Shown here: positions 1 through 14,003 of the stretch, in pieces
Numbering within the stretch: position 1 is the first letter of the stretch
How the letters are laid out: every line of letters starts with the position of its first letter
NCBI GenBank assembly: GCA_030390025.1
Contig: CM059438.1
Coordinates: 9,796,001 to 9,860,000, forward strand
Source: Squalus acanthias
Taxonomy: Eukaryota
DNA length: 64,000 nucleotides
Reading direction: 5' to 3'
Position numbers and translations under genes: made by a program
Notes under the pieces: generated by a model
What the model saw: the letters and a program-made list of their open reading frames with translations, nothing else
Databases searched by the model: none
Told to the model about the DNA's origin: nothing

Positions 1-1467
1 ATATGGTACTGTAGTAGGTGGTCACCACTTGACTGTGGACCCAGCAATCCTACAGAAGGCTTCTTGGAAGTGTTGCCTCGATAACATGTTGCACATCTTT
101 TAGAAAATGTTCTGCAAAATAAGTCAAAAACACACACTGTTAAATGTGTTCTGATGAACTGAAGCTTTATGTAGCTAGTGTTACAGAATTTAACACAAAG
201 TATAGGATGCAGTGACTATAGTCTGGCTTCAAACCTGCTTTGACTGTACAGTAGAATATAGAAAAGCCATTTTTTCCTCCAGTCATACTGTGCTTGATAT
301 GTGCAACAGAAGGTAAAATGGATGCCGCTAACGTCAACAAAAACATTTTTTTGGATCAGGCTTTGCTGGCACTAAGGAGCATGGAAAATTGCCGCCATAA
401 GTTTGGCCTGTGCACTGCAATGTTAAACTTCAGTTGTGAGCCTAAATTTTTAAAAATAAATTCTTTGATGCCAGATGTTATCACATTGCCTTTTATTAGT
501 ACGGCTGAAGAGAAAGGTTTGAGCTTCAGGTTTTCCCCATATTCGACTGTAGAGTAGGATACGGTTTGCAGCAAGTCTACATTAATTGTATTCTATACTT
601 TGTTTTAAATTCTGCCGCATTTTATTACATAAACCTCCAGCAGAAATACCCACTTAGTTCAATGTCTGTTTATTTTAAGGAATGTTTTCTGAAACCTATG
701 CAACATGAAAATAGAAATGTAAATAATCTGCGAGATATTAAATTAATTTGCAAAAATTTGACTAGAGTATGGGGCTATATATGATCAAACATAATATCAG
801 ATTGATTAATGTTAATTTGATTTCTGTCAAACTTAATTCCTAATTGATCGCTATCGAGCTTAGTGTAATATGTGGATAAAACTGATGTGTTTGGCTTTAA
901 TTTGGTTTCATTGTATCTAAGAGCGTTCTCTTTTGTACCAGGGCTTTCTAAATATATGAAACATTAGAGGACTAGTTAAAGCACTAAGTGTATAATGTTT
1001 TTGTCTCCTTTTTTGTATGGTGCATATTATGCTGGGTTTTTGCACTTAAGATTTATAAAGTGGAAAAACATATGCCTCTGTGCTAGGATTATTAATATGT
1101 CACTTTGTAACCTGAAGACTTGATAACTCTGAGCAGCGTTTTATGTTCCAATTTTGGATTTACTGCATTTGCAGCTTGTCTCTTTCTCTCCCTCTCCATT
1201 TTTACCCCCATTCTCCACGTTTTCATTTGTGTGGGCTGTTTGTCTTCTCACCTGCTTAACTCTTTTCACATTCTGTTCTTTTTATCTCTCTCCACCACGC
1301 TGATCTTTCATATCATCTAAAAGCTTTTTCTGTTGAGCATTTTGGAGGTCATTCAACCCATTAACCCTCTCTGATTGGAATATCTGTTGATCCTTTCTCC
1401 CTCCTGCTTATTCTCTTCTCCCGCCCCCTTTATCCAAACGTATTCCAATTCCCGATTATCTTTTTAG

Positions 1468-1595
1468 TCTTCAGTTCTGATGAAGATACGCACCCAAACT
1501 GCCATCATCTGTCCTTTCCCTTTACAGATTCTGGGTGACTTGCTATGTATTTCCAGCATTTTCTGTTTTATTCCAGAATTTTCAGTATTTGCAGT
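1468..1595 (+). mobile_element. Degenerate Penelope-like element (PLE) 3' end
   Basis: cagttctgatgaag...acagattctgggtgacttgctatgtatttccagcattttctgttttattccag resembles the young copy at 59620-59750. Confidence 0.6.
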
Positions 1596-2304
1596 TGTAT
1601 CTTTTTTTATTTATGAACTTTGTCAGTCCTGCGCCATGACTATGGAAAGCCAACCTATTTCTGCAGTTTGTGTTTTTTTTCTCTGCTTGTGTTCTTATTC
1701 AGCAGATGTTGCAGTCAAATCCAGCACTGACAGATGGGATGAAAGCCTGCAATCTGTATTGTGAAACTAGTAATTTAATCAACTTCTTGACTGATTACCC
1801 TCCACTAACCAATGTTACACTTTCCATTACAGAGGTCCTGAAGTGAAAGAGTTTTTTAAAAAAAAGGCTATGGGGTGGACATTATTTTTAACATCTGAGT
1901 GCGCTAGGGTTGATGATCTAGCGTATTTTCAGAGTGTATGGGGAAGAAGAGATATGAAGTAGTTTTGTGAAACAATGTTGTGTGGGAGCAACGAGGCAGT
2001 GATAGAGACTCTTGCTATTTAAAAAAATCAAGGTGCTGGATGTTCGTGCTGGGGAGTGGAGGACGGTGGTGGGGGTGGGGACAGCAGATGGTGGGGACAG
2101 CTGGTGGTGGGAGGTGATGGTGGGGGGGCAGGGAGGACTGACTTCTACTTTTTGGCACCCAGTATCGGGATCAGGTTAAAAGTCTAAAAGTCCGTTAATT
2201 CCCCATTCTCACATAGCAATATTGATGGCCCTAACCTCAGTAGAGTACCAATTGCTCCACCAATATGAATGTTTCCATTTCTGCAAGCCAGCTGACAGTC
2301 AAAT

Positions 2305-2833
2305 TACATAGAATTTACAGCACAGCAACAGGCCATTTGGCCCAACTTGTCTAAGAACATAAGTAGGAGCAGGAGTTGGCCATATGGCCCCTCGAGCCTG
2401 CTCTGCCATTCAATGAGATTATGGCTGATCTTCAACCTCCACTTCACTTTCCCACCTGATCCCCATATCCCTTGATTCCCTTGGAGTCCAAAAATCTATC
2501 GATCTCAGCCTTGAATATACTCAACGACTGAGCATCCACAGCCCTCTGGTGTAGAGAATTCCAAAGATTCACAACCCTCTGAGTGAAGAAATTTCTCCTC
2601 ATCTCGGTCCTAAATGACCAACCCTTTATCCTGAAACTCTGCCTCCTAGTTCTAGACTCCAGTCTATGCTGGTGCTTGCTCCACACGAGCCTCCTCCCAC
2701 TCTACTTCCTCCAACACTATTAGCATATCATTCTATGCCTTTCTCCCTCACGTACTTAACTAGCTTCTCCTTAAATGTATCTATGCTTTTTGCCTTGACT
2801 ACTCCATGTGGTAGCAAGTTCCATATTCTAACC
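2305..2833 (-). mobile_element. CR1 3' end with a second CR1 3' end (2354-2661) nested inside
   Basis: Two different CR1 tails. The inner one encodes RNFFTQRVVNLWNSL on the - strand and is flanked by GTCTA at 2349 and 2662. Confidence 0.85.
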
Positions 2834-2924
2834 ACAAATAGCAGTGAATTATAGGTAGTTTTGTACTAGACCTACACCGATGGAAAACTCGGTTGAGATT
2901 ATCCATGCTCATTTCATCTAAGAA

Positions 2925-3041
2925 CTTCCTAGCCTGCAGAGGGAGAAATCTCTCATCCCAGTACTCTGGGCTAGATTTGAATGAGCCCTGTTACCAGAGG
3001 TGAACAGATGACGTGCTAAACCACTGCACCACTCAGTCTCC
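2925..3041 (-). mobile_element. Ancient tRNA-derived SINE head (LF-SINE-like)
   Basis: Reverse complement ggagactgagtggtgcagtggtttagc...ttcacctctgg...ttcaaatctagcccag has A-box- and B-box-like motifs. Confidence 0.5.
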
Positions 3042-3384
3042 AGAGACTCCAGTTTCATGAAGCTTCGCAATGTAATTGCTAACAGCGTGCACATTTGTTT
3101 GCACAATGGCTGCTTCTATAATAGAGAATGTGATTGGCTACAAGGGTGGAAAATGATTGTGTAGAATGGATTATTTCCTTTTTTAAAAAAAAATCTTTTT
3201 TTGCGCTCTTTCCCATTTTTGGAGTTTGAATTTGTTTTGCATTGGTTTTTCATAATTACTAGTAACCAACAATCTTGTGCTTTTTTAAGATGGAACAACA
3301 GTTTTTTTTCCCACCTTCAAAAGAAAACAGTTTTTCAGTAAATCTGCAAGTCCTGAATTGTTTTGGATTCTAAACTAACTTGTG

Positions 3385-3562
3385 CCTGTCTGCCTCTCCT
3401 TTAAGACGCTCCTTAAAACCTACCTCTTTTTGACCAAGCTTTTGGTCAGTTGTTCTAATATCTCCTTATGTGGCTTGGTGTCAAATTTGTCTGAATGCTC
3501 CTGTGAAGCACCTTGGGACATTTTACGACGTTAAAGGCATTATATAAATGCAAGTTGTTGTT
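3385..3562 (+). mobile_element. L2-type LINE 3' end
   Basis: cttaaaacctacctctttttgaccaagcttttgg...gtgaagcaccttgggac...aaaggcattatataaatgcaagttgttgtt; related to 4960-5153 and 57638-58040. Confidence 0.75.
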
Positions 3563-4959
3563 TTTGTCTTTTGTTAACACTATTGTATTAAGCATTTTTA
3601 GTGCTCACCACTACCTTTGGTACACAGTGTTGGCATCAAGCACTTTTGTGTTAAACGCAGAGTAAAACTTAATGGATTCTACCTTAATGTGTTTTAACTC
3701 CAACTTTGAATCATCTCCAACTGTACTAGTGTTGTTTTCCATTTCCAACACCAGTCATGCTTGAGGGCTGTTGAGGGTTCCAGTTTAGGGCTAAATAGTT
3801 CCTACTTTGGATCTAGAATATGGCCACCCAAAATCTCATTTCACTAAAGACCCCTGCAGCTAACTTCATTCGTGTTCACTTGTACTTTTCATACTCTGTT
3901 TACATTCAAACCAATGTGCATCCATGTTGTACCTTGTAAGCACCTTGGGATGTTTTATTATGTTATAGGCGCTATATAAATGCAAGTCGTTGAGCACGGC
4001 CCAGCTCTGGCTGGCCATGGATTTACACTGGGGTTGTTAGTGTAAATCATTCCTGAAACCTGAGCCTTGAAGACTTTCCATGACCTTTTCTGTTGCTGAT
4101 CTACAATTCATTTGCCAACTTTTCCTTGCATTAAATCTGGACAAGATCCTTGTTTGAATTTTTTTTCTCTGTTTAAATCCTTGTGCTCTCGATTATGATG
4201 CTTCATTTTTTAACGATTTAGCTTGATAATTGGCTTCTTTAATTCTGTCACAGGGCATAGGATTAAAAACCAGTTTAACTTGATAGTTGTTACAACAGTT
4301 AGTTGGTTTGTATGAGGACAAGGCTAAGCCAATCAATTGAAATACAAACATCTTTTAGGATTTGTTCAAAGGTGCATTTGCTGTTTTTAGAATTTACGTT
4401 ATTTAAATTCACTTGATCCTGGTCACTCTTTTTAAGATGATATTTAATGGCCTGGTTTTTTTTCAGCTCAGTGGATCTATGGAAATCCTTCACAGATAGG
4501 GCCAGATAGCTTCTGTTGGTGGTGAGAAAAGGCAAACTGCTACATAAGAATATTATAGCTTCTCATAGCAGTTGGGAGCTATTTATTTTCCATTACATGC
4601 ACTAGTTAAGCTTAACTATTTCAAAAATATATTACTGTTAAGTATTTGGGTCAGCTGTAAATACGTTCTTGTGTTCCGTAGCGCCAGTCACTCCTGTAAG
4701 CTGTCTGAATGCCTTACTTTTATAATTGATTCTCACTGTCATAAGTCCACTTTTATAATCTATTTATAACAATGAAACTCCTTGTGACCTGGGCTGGATC
4801 TTTAGTCTCTCTGTAGGTGGACCAAGTTAACACTAGACAAGGTAAAATTTGGCTGTGATCATAAGCTGCTTTATTCCATAGAAAGGTAAAATGTACAAAG
4901 CAAAAAGGTATGATGAGAATCACTTAGTTAAATCGGTAAAATTTATTTGTCTTGTTCCT

Positions 4960-5703
4960 AGGCTGCCCAGACCCCACGCTATTTAATGACATTCACCCCT
5001 CCATTTCCCCCTCTTAAGACCCTACTTAAAACCCACCACCTTGACCAAACTTTTGGTCACACCTACTGATACCTCCTTTTTTGGCTCGACATCCATTTTT
5101 TGATTCCGCCTCTGAAGTGTTTTTCTACGGTAAGGGCGCCTTGTAAATGCAAGTTGGAGTACTGCATTCAATTCTGGTCGCCATATTATAAAAAAGATAT
5201 AGAGGCACTGGAGAGGGTGCAGAGAAGATTTACAAGGATAATACCAGAAATGCGAGGGTATACATATCAGGAAAGGATGAACAGGCTTGGGTCCCTTTTC
5301 TCTTGGAAGAAAAGAAGGCTGAGGGGTGATCTAATAGAGGTCTTTAAAATTATGAAAAATTTTGATAGAGTGGATACAGAGAGAATGTTTCCACTTGTGG
5401 GGAAGAGCATAACTAGAGGCCATCAATATAAGATAGTCACCAAGAAATCAAATAGGGAATTCAGAAGAAACTTCTTTACCCAGAGAGTGGTAAGAATGTG
5501 GAACTCGCTATCATGGAGTAGTTGAAGCGAATAGTATAGATGCAATTAAGGGGAGGCTAGGCAAGCATATGAGGGAGAAGGGAATAGAGGGTTATGCTGA
5601 TAGTTAGATGAGGAAAGACGGGATGAGGTTAGAGTGGAGCATAAATATCGGCATGGACTGGTTGGGCTGAATGACCTGTTTCTGTGCCGTATATCCTATG
5701 TAA
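4960..5703 (+). mobile_element. L2 3' end (to about 5153) followed by a CR1 ORF2 3' fragment and tail
   Basis: ORF 5100-5525 contains LEYCIQFWSP, LERVQRRFTR and FFTQRVVRMWNSL; tail ends tatatcctatgtaa. Confidence 0.85.
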
Positions 5704-6324
5704 AAGTTGTTATAATACTGATACAAAATAAAGAATGTATAATGCTGTCTCACTTCGGTGGGTTGTCTTGCACAATTTAAACAGAATAATCTCTGCATCC
5801 TGTCTTACCCTGTAGTCTCTTGCTTTTTCAACCTTCCCACAACATTTACCTGCCTGAATGAACTTGTCTGTTTTTTTTTAAAAGCTTGACTCCAGTCTCA
5901 GATTTTAATGAACCTGACTAACCTTCTCTTTCCCACCCCCCCTCCCCCATTGCAGAATCCACAAACATAATTTAGCAATGACCTGTGTTAGTTTAAATGA
6001 ATGGAGTTGCTGCAGCAGCAATGGGTGTGAATGGCCGCTGAAATGTCACATTGTCTTTCGTTGTGTCTGGGAATTTTGGGGTCAGCCACTCTGTCTGAAA
6101 GCTAACACACACCTGCCAGTCCAGCTGTCCTGTGACTTTAACCTCCTTAAAGCAAGCTTTAATCTTATATTTTAAAATAACTCGTATCTTAATTTCTTCA
6201 GTGGCAAAAGGGTGCAGAATCATGAACGTTATGTTCCTACTTTCATTTATTTGGCAGTTAAACCCCTTTCTTATTACCTATACACCTAAAACTTACTTTC
6301 CCTTCCAAGTTGCCTAATTTACTC

Positions 6325-6450
6325 CCTTGCTCTAGCCCTGCCATATTAGTTTAAACCCCCTCTCACAGCTCAACTTGCATCCCCCTTCCTAACTATTCTC
6401 CAAGTGGCAGGGTGACCACATCTGCAGTGTATACTCCAGGTACCCTTCCT
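6325..6450 (-). mobile_element. Old CR1 ORF1/ORF2 junction remnant
   Basis: Reverse complement gggggtttaaactaatatggcaggg matches the junction motif at 52634 and 31261. Confidence 0.55.
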
Positions 6451-6927
6451 CTGCCATATAATGCAGATTATCTCCCCTTATTCATGAGCTCCATAGCTTT
6501 GAGCTTGAGACACTTCTTACACCTATGGTTGTCCTCGATGCTCATAGTTTTCAGAAACTCTCATTATGTAACTTTTACACAACGCAGATTTGGACTGTCA
6601 TGCAGTGCTAAATGGACTCAAAGGTCTTGGGAACAAATAACAAAGTAGTTTTAAGCCAACTACACTTCAGTGCCGAACTCCAGTTTCAGCAAACTCCCAG
6701 ACTTAGCTGATTTCTTGCTATACTGGCCTTTCGTTACTTAATTGCCTCGTTTATGCAATCTACTTAAATCTTTTCAGAACCAGTTATATATACTTACCTG
6801 CCTGGTCTTGCAGATTCTATCCCACTCTGTCCTGTTGTTGAACTTCTGTTTGGACCAAATATGTTGCCCCACCTTCTCTGAGTAAAGTACTGACTGAATT
6901 TTTGCTCAGTCAGCCTCTCACAAACTA

Positions 6928-7492
6928 CAGGAAACTCTTGTTTATCCGGCACCCAAATATCCGGAATTCTCGCTTAACCGGCAAAAATCATCCTCCGAAA
7001 ACTCCCTCAAATAACCGGCAATGTTGCCGAGTCGCAGTCAGAGTCTCCGCGAACGCCGAGTACTCCGAAAACTCCTCTCAAATAACCGGCAATGTTGCCG
7101 ATCCCGAGTCCGCGAACGCCGATTTAGTCAGTAGGGGTAGTTTTCAAAAGTGCCACTACTCGGCCTCCTGGCGCTGTCGGAAGTCCGAAACACTGCAGTA
7201 GCAGGAGTTGATTCTCCCGCGCTGCCGGGAGTCTCACTTACTGTTAAGTAATTAAAGAGTTATGGATTGCTCTCAACTGGCAGTACTGTACTTAATCAAG
7301 CATCTTCCACCATCCATTTAACACAACATTCTGTAGGTGAGTACCCAAATACTGTATACTGCACATTTCTTGATTTTTAAATTTTTCTTTGTTAAAAATA
7401 GCCTCGGTAGATATAACTCTCCATTATCCGGAACTTTCGATCAACCGGCACCACGCCGGTCCCGTCGGTGCCGGATACCAAAGAGTTTCCTG
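6928..7492. mobile_element. Non-autonomous Tigger/pogo (Tc1-mariner) DNA transposon
   Basis: 26-bp TIRs CAGGAAACTCTT-NNN-TATCCGGCACC (23/26 match) with TA on both sides. CpG-rich, with an internal duplication of about 65 bp. Confidence 0.88.
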
Positions 7493-8801
7493 TAATACAA
7501 ACAAACTAGCTTAAATTAATATTACAGAAACTCAGGACATCCCAAAAGAAGTGTAGTTCTCTGCAAATTGTGTGTATTTTAATTGCTCTGAAAGATAGGC
7601 ATGTGTAAATATAAAGTATGTAATGAGGCTTGACATAAAACACAAGAATACCACAAGTAATAATCCTTTAGGACAAATATAAATAGAATGTTAGAATGGG
7701 TGGATGTGCCTTGACATATCTAATCATTTAAGTAATATATCTTGAGTGCCTAAATGAAGAGACAGTGTGCGGTGAATTGCTTTTTAGACATTTCTGCTGA
7801 GAGTTACATATGTCTACCTTGCCATGCCTTTCTAAACCAGCAGCTTCACCACATACTGTCAGGCAGATCTGGTAGGGAGGAGGGGCTTTGTAAAAGACTT
7901 TCAAGAATGTCCTGAAATGAGACTGAGTGGGGGCAGGCTGCATGTTTTCACGTAACAATCCAAGCTTATGTAAGGATTCTCTCTGCATTGCAACATTCTT
8001 ATCCTCGGGTTTTGTGCCACAATATGATTGGACTTGCTTGCCATTGCTTGCGTTTGAGTGCCTTCATTATTTTGTGGTTTTTCTCATCTGCAATAATGCG
8101 TAGGAAGATAACATTGACTATATTGCAGTCCATTGTTTAATTATTGGCCGTGAAATTGATGAACATTTTATTGTCTGCTTTTTGTGTGTTATTGCAGCAT
8201 CTCGATGCTTTCTATATAAAGCTTAATTCACTAATCGCTTGATCTAATAAAATTTCCAATTGCTATCTTTATCCACAGATTATATTAAAGTTACTATTTT
8301 AAGTTAAGCATATTTTACCCATTAGTGCACCGTGGGCAGATTTCAACAAAAGAACCACATCAGCTATTTGGATTTCTGTCTCTTACTAGAATTCTACACT
8401 GTGATATTGAATATTTCAAACTTCTAAATTCTTCTTACATTGTTAATTTTGGAACCTTTTCTATACTCCAGGGTTTAAAACATCTACTTTGTCTGCAGGT
8501 TGCCGAATACCCAGCTGCTTGCTGTTTATTTTTAAGCTGAGATGAATAGGTTGTTGAAGTGAAAGCCATATGACTTTCAAAAGAGGATTAATATTACAGA
8601 CAGTTTGTAGTCTTAAGCCTTGGTTTCATTTAGCAGGGCTTGATTATCACTGCCTTTTGTAAGTTTTTTTTGAGTATAACTGCCTGCTGGTAATGCGAAC
8701 CCATGTGTGGAAATGTGCATGTTTTTTCCCCTACAAATTGTGTTCCAGAAAACCAACTCATTTCGTGTGATTTCTGCTAGCTGCTGGTGGTACCTGTATA
8801 T

Positions 8802-11165
8802 AAGAACATAAGAAATAGGAGCAGGAGTAGGCCATTTGGCCCCTCGAGCCTGCTCCGCCATTCAATAAGATCATGGCTGATGATCTACCTCAACTCCACC
8901 TTCCCACACTATCCCCATATCCCTTGATTCCCTTAATATCCAAAAATCTATTGATCTCTGTCTTGAATATACTCAACGACTGAGCCTCCACAGCCCTCTG
9001 GGTAGAGAATTCCAAAGATTCACCACCCTCTGAGTGAAGAAATTTCTCCTCATTTCAGTCCTAAATGGCTGACCCCTTATCCTGAGACTGTGACCCCTGG
9101 TTCTAGACTCTCCAGCCAGGGGAAACATCCTCCCTGCATCTACCCTGTCGAGCCCTGTAAGAATTGTGTATGTTTCAATGAGATCAACACTCATTCTTCT
9201 AAACTCCAGAGAATATAGGCCTAGTCTACTCAATCGCTCCTCATAGGACAATCCCCCTATCCCAGGAATCAGTCTGGTGAACCTTCGTTGCACTCCCTCT
9301 ATGGCAAGTATATCCTTCCTTAGGTAAGGAGACCAAAACTGCGCACAATACTCCAGGTGTGGTCTCACCAGGGCTCTATATAATTGCAGTAAGACGTCTT
9401 TACTCTTATACTCAAATCCTCTTGTAATAAAGGGCAATATACCTTGCTTTCCTAATTGCTTGCTGTACCTGCATGTTAACTTTCAGTGATTTGTGAACAA
9501 GGACACCCAGGTCCCTCTGAACATCAACATTTCCCGATCTCTCTCCATTTAAAAAATACTCTGCTTTTCTATTTTTCCTACCAAAGTGGATAACTTCACA
9601 TTTCTCCACATTATATTCCATTTGGAATGTTCTTGCCCACTCACTTAGCTTGTCTATATCCCCTTGAAACCTCTTTGCATCCTCCTGACAACTTACATTC
9701 CCACCCAGCTTTGTTTCATCAGAAAACTTGGATATATTACATTTGGTCCCCTCATCCAAATCATTGATGTAGATTGTGAATAACTGAGGCCCAAGTACTG
9801 ATCCTTGCGGTACCCCACTAGTTACAGCCTGCCAATCTGAAAATGACCCATTAATTCTACTGTTTTCTGTCCGTTAACCAATCCTCAATCCATGCTAGTA
9901 TATTACCCCCAATCCCATCAGCTCTAATTTTGTTTAGGATTCTCTTGTGTGGCACCTTTATCGAATGGCTTCTGAAAATCCAAATACACCACATCCACTG
10001 GCTCCCCCTTATCTATTCTGCTAGTTACAATCTCAAAATACTCTAACAGATTTGTCAAACATGATTTCCCTTTCATAAATCCATATTAACTCTGCCCAAT
10101 CCTATTATTTTCTAAATGCCCTGTTATCACATCCTTAAAAATAGATTCAAACATTTTCCCTACTACTGAGGTCAGACTAACTGGGCTGTAGTACCCCATT
10201 TCTCTCTCCCTCCTTTTCTTAAATAGTGGGGTTACATTTGCTAACTTCCAATCCGCGGGAACCGTTCTGGAATCTATGGAATTTTGGAAAATGACAACCA
10301 ATGCATCCACTATCTTTATAGCGACCTCTTTCAAAACCCTAGGATGTAGGCCATCCGGTCCAGGGGATTTATTGGCTTTCAGTCCCATTAATTTCTCCAG
10401 TACTATTTTTTTACTAATTTCTTTCAGTTCCTCATTCTCGCTGGACCCTTGGTTCTCCACTATTTCTGGGAAGTTTTTTGTGCCTTCCGTGAAGACAGAC
10501 ACAAAGTATTTGTTTAATTTCTCTGCCATTTCCTTATTCCCATTATAATTTCTCCTGTCTCAGCCTGTAAGAAACCCACATTTACTTTTGCTAATATTTT
10601 CCTGTTACATAGCTATAGAAGCTTTTACAGTCTGTTTTTATGTCTCTCGCTAGTTTACTCTCATTCTATTTTCCCTTTCTTAATTTCTTGGTCCTCCTTT
10701 GCTGAATTCTAAAATCTTCCCAAGCCTCAGGCTTGCAACTCTTTTTAGCAACATTATAAGCCTCTTCCTTTGATCTAATACTATCTTTAACTTCTCTTGT
10801 TAGCCACGGTTGGACCGCTTTTCCTGTGGTGTTTTTGTGCCTTAAAGGAATGTATATTTGTTGTAAATTATATATTAATTCTTTAAATGCTAGCCATTGC
10901 TTGTCTACTGTCATACCTTTTAATGTAGTTTTCCAATCTACCGTAACCAATTCGCCCTTCATACCTACATAGTTTGCTTTGTTTAGATTTAAGACCCTAG
11001 TTTTGGATTTAACTAAATCTATTCAAACTCAAAATAAAATTCTATCATATTATGGTCACTCTTCCCTAAAGGCTCCTTTACTACAAGGTTATTAATTAAC
11101 CCTTTCTCATTGCATAATACTAGATCTAAAATAGCCTGTTCCCTAGTTGGTTCCTCAACATATAT
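8802..11165 (-). mobile_element. 5'-truncated CR1 LINE with frameshifted ORF2 (RT)
   Basis: Fragments 8973-9437, 9412-9759, 10086-10529 and 10666-10962 (KSPGPDGLHPRVLKE, FSDETKL); tail taagaacataagaa. Confidence 0.95.
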
Positions 11166-13544
11166 CTGGCGGTACTTGTATATCTGTCATTATTTAGACA
11201 ATGGACTAATTTGTGCCGAATCCTGAGATCCCTCAATTTAAAACACAAACTATCCATATAGTTAGGGTTAATTAAAGTAGTCTAAAATTGGTGTAGAGGA
11301 GATCTGAGAGTGGCATTGTATGTGTGTAAAATTTTTACTTAAACGGAAATGTTCCAATCTCAAATGTTTGGAAATCTTTTTTGTTTTATAGCTTACCAGT
11401 TAAAATGTCACAATAGCCTAAAATGATACCTAATAATATGCCGGGGTACAAATCTGAAAAGGGTATTGAATAAGTTGGCATACTGCATTACACCTTCAGA
11501 ACCTCTTTGAGCAGAGCTCAGTTTGATGGATTACTGTCTATTTTCTTTAGCTCCAGGAGCCCTACATGAAATGTGATTTACTCGTCTCAAGTCAGTTCCG
11601 AGTGGGTATGAGGCCACAGCACAAAGCTACTCCTAATTTGGTATTAAATTGGCAGGTTCGGAGGCTGCATTGGCTGATAATTGAAATGTCATGCTGATGC
11701 CATCAGGAATAGTCTGAGATTGGCAGAGTGGAGTTGTCAGTTTACTCTGGCTGTACTATATGCATGACCTTGCAATCCTTCATGCTGATGCTGACTACCT
11801 GAAACGGGGAAATGTTCTGTTTTCCTAGTGGTATCACTGAACTTAATGAATACAAACATTTGGAGAAAAAAAATAAAAGGGAGAAAGGCATCTGAATCTA
11901 AGGGAAGAACGCTAATCTTTCCCTTTATGTAACTACGGCTTATTGGATATCTCTCTCCTCGAGTCCCATCAGGGGAGTTAGGAGCTCCGATGACTGGAAT
12001 ATCCTGGAAGCATCACTGCTGAGAATTTGCATTTTTGTTATGTCTTTTTGAAATGAGACAAGAGCCTAGGTTAAACCAGCATCTGCACTGTTTGCAGGAC
12101 TAGAACTGGCAAACTGTGCAGCAATATTGTACAAACTGCAGTCAGTGGCTCTACAGACGTCTCCCATCAAGAATTTTTTTCACAACTCCAAAGATGCGGT
12201 TTCAGGAAGCTTATGCTTATATGGAATGTAGTCAGAATTCACAGGCATTGTCTTTTTGGTTGCTTAACAGGGGCTCTACAAACAAATTATTGAATGAAAT
12301 TAGATGCTTTGTGTTGTATGCTATCCAGCTAATGTGCAAGTCAGAAAGCAAGAAATGTCAACTGTTATGGTGTGTACACAAGACATCAGGCTTGAAAAAA
12401 ATCTTTTACATAAGGTAGTAAAAGCACCTGGGCCAAATGAATGTGGTCTGCAGTTTGAGTTTTCCTGTATTTTTAAAGATTTTGCCTGAATAAGAACTTC
12501 TATGTAATATCTTAAGATGTTGTTCATGTTATGTATTTAAAGACTCAAACATAATACTTATTGCCACCTCTTATCCTCTGCTACCTTGGCTTTTGTGATT
12601 TGAATGACTATAAATAACTTGAATTTGTTTAAAATCTTTTATCTGAATTGGGCGCTCTGCATTCTTGTATTCTTTTCACCTTCCCCACATCCTAATGCAG
12701 TATGGGCTTTCTCCGAACACTTAATGTGATCACAGCAAGAAGGCAGTGTTAGCAGACCAGTTTTCTCTGAACCCTCTCTGAACTCTGCCCCCTTGCGCTT
12801 GCAGTGTCTGATTAAAATGCCAGGATTAACAATTACCATTCTTGTTGCGATACAGGCTGCTGATCAGATGATTGGCCAAATGTGTTCTCCTCTTGCCTCT
12901 GATTAGACAGTAAGCGCCACACCATCGACCAATGAATATAGGCAAAAACTAAATATTTATTTACACGCACAAAAGCAGTAAGGCGTACTTTTAATTTCTT
13001 GTATAATAACTCTGATCACTGACGTGATGCTGTATGAGAGTGACGCAATTCCAAAAAAAGTCATATATATCAGAGTTGTGGAATCAAGATAAAGGACACA
13101 ATAGAGCATACCATTGAGCAGAATGACTGATGAGCAGGTGTGTATCCAGTGCAACTTGGTCAGTACCCAAGACAGAGCGCCTCTATCCTGAGTAATTAAC
13201 GAGTCAAACAACCTGGTCTGTCTCAGACAGCTGGGCTCTGGTCTCCATCTTGAAATTTAGTCAGGAAATTCAGCTTCCATTTTAACTCTGGATACCCGGT
13301 TTTGTTTTTTAAATCAAGTTTCTTAATTTAACAAGTGTCTCTGGGAAAACTGAAAATGCTCATAATTAATTTGATACTCATTCTGAATGCTACCTTTTTA
13401 AATGTAATCATATCCACCAAGTAGAACCTTTACATAACCTGCATTTACTTTAACTTATATATAGCAATTTAAGTATTGTTAGTGTCTGATTAGATTTTTG
13501 GACTTGCTAAAATTAATTCCTCCTCCAGACAAGATCACCAAAAG

Positions 13545-14003
13545 GAAAGAAAGACTTGCATTTATATAGCGCCTTTCATGACCGTGGGATGTCCCAAAGT
13601 GCTTTTACGGTCAATGAAGTACTTTTTGAAGTGTGTCCACTGTTGTAATGTAGGAAATGCGGCAGCCAATTTGCGCACAGCAGTGTCCCACAAATAGCAA
13701 TGTAATGATAACCAGATAATCTGTATTTTAGTGATGTTGGTTGAAGGATAAATGTTGGCCAGGACACCAGGGAGAACTCCCCTGCTCTTCTACGAAATAG
13801 TGCCGTGGGATCTTTTACATCCACCTGAGGGAGCAGATGAGGCCTCATTTTAACGTCTCATCCGAAAGATGGCACCTCCAACTGTGCAGCGCTCCCTTTA
13901 CTGCACTGGAATGTCAGTCTAGATTTTGTGCTCAAGTCTCTGGATTGGGACTTGAACCAACAGCCTTCTGACTCCGAGGTGATGGTGCTACCAGCTACGC
14001 CAC
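13545..14003 (-). mobile_element. Full-length SacSINE1-like DeuSINE
   Basis: Reverse complement shows a tRNA-like head (gtggcgtagctggtagc...ggttcaagtccc), a Deu-domain core (ggaggtgccatctttcggatgagacgttaa...gatcccacggcactattt) and an L2-like tail aggcgctatataaatgcaagtcttt. Confidence 0.85.
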
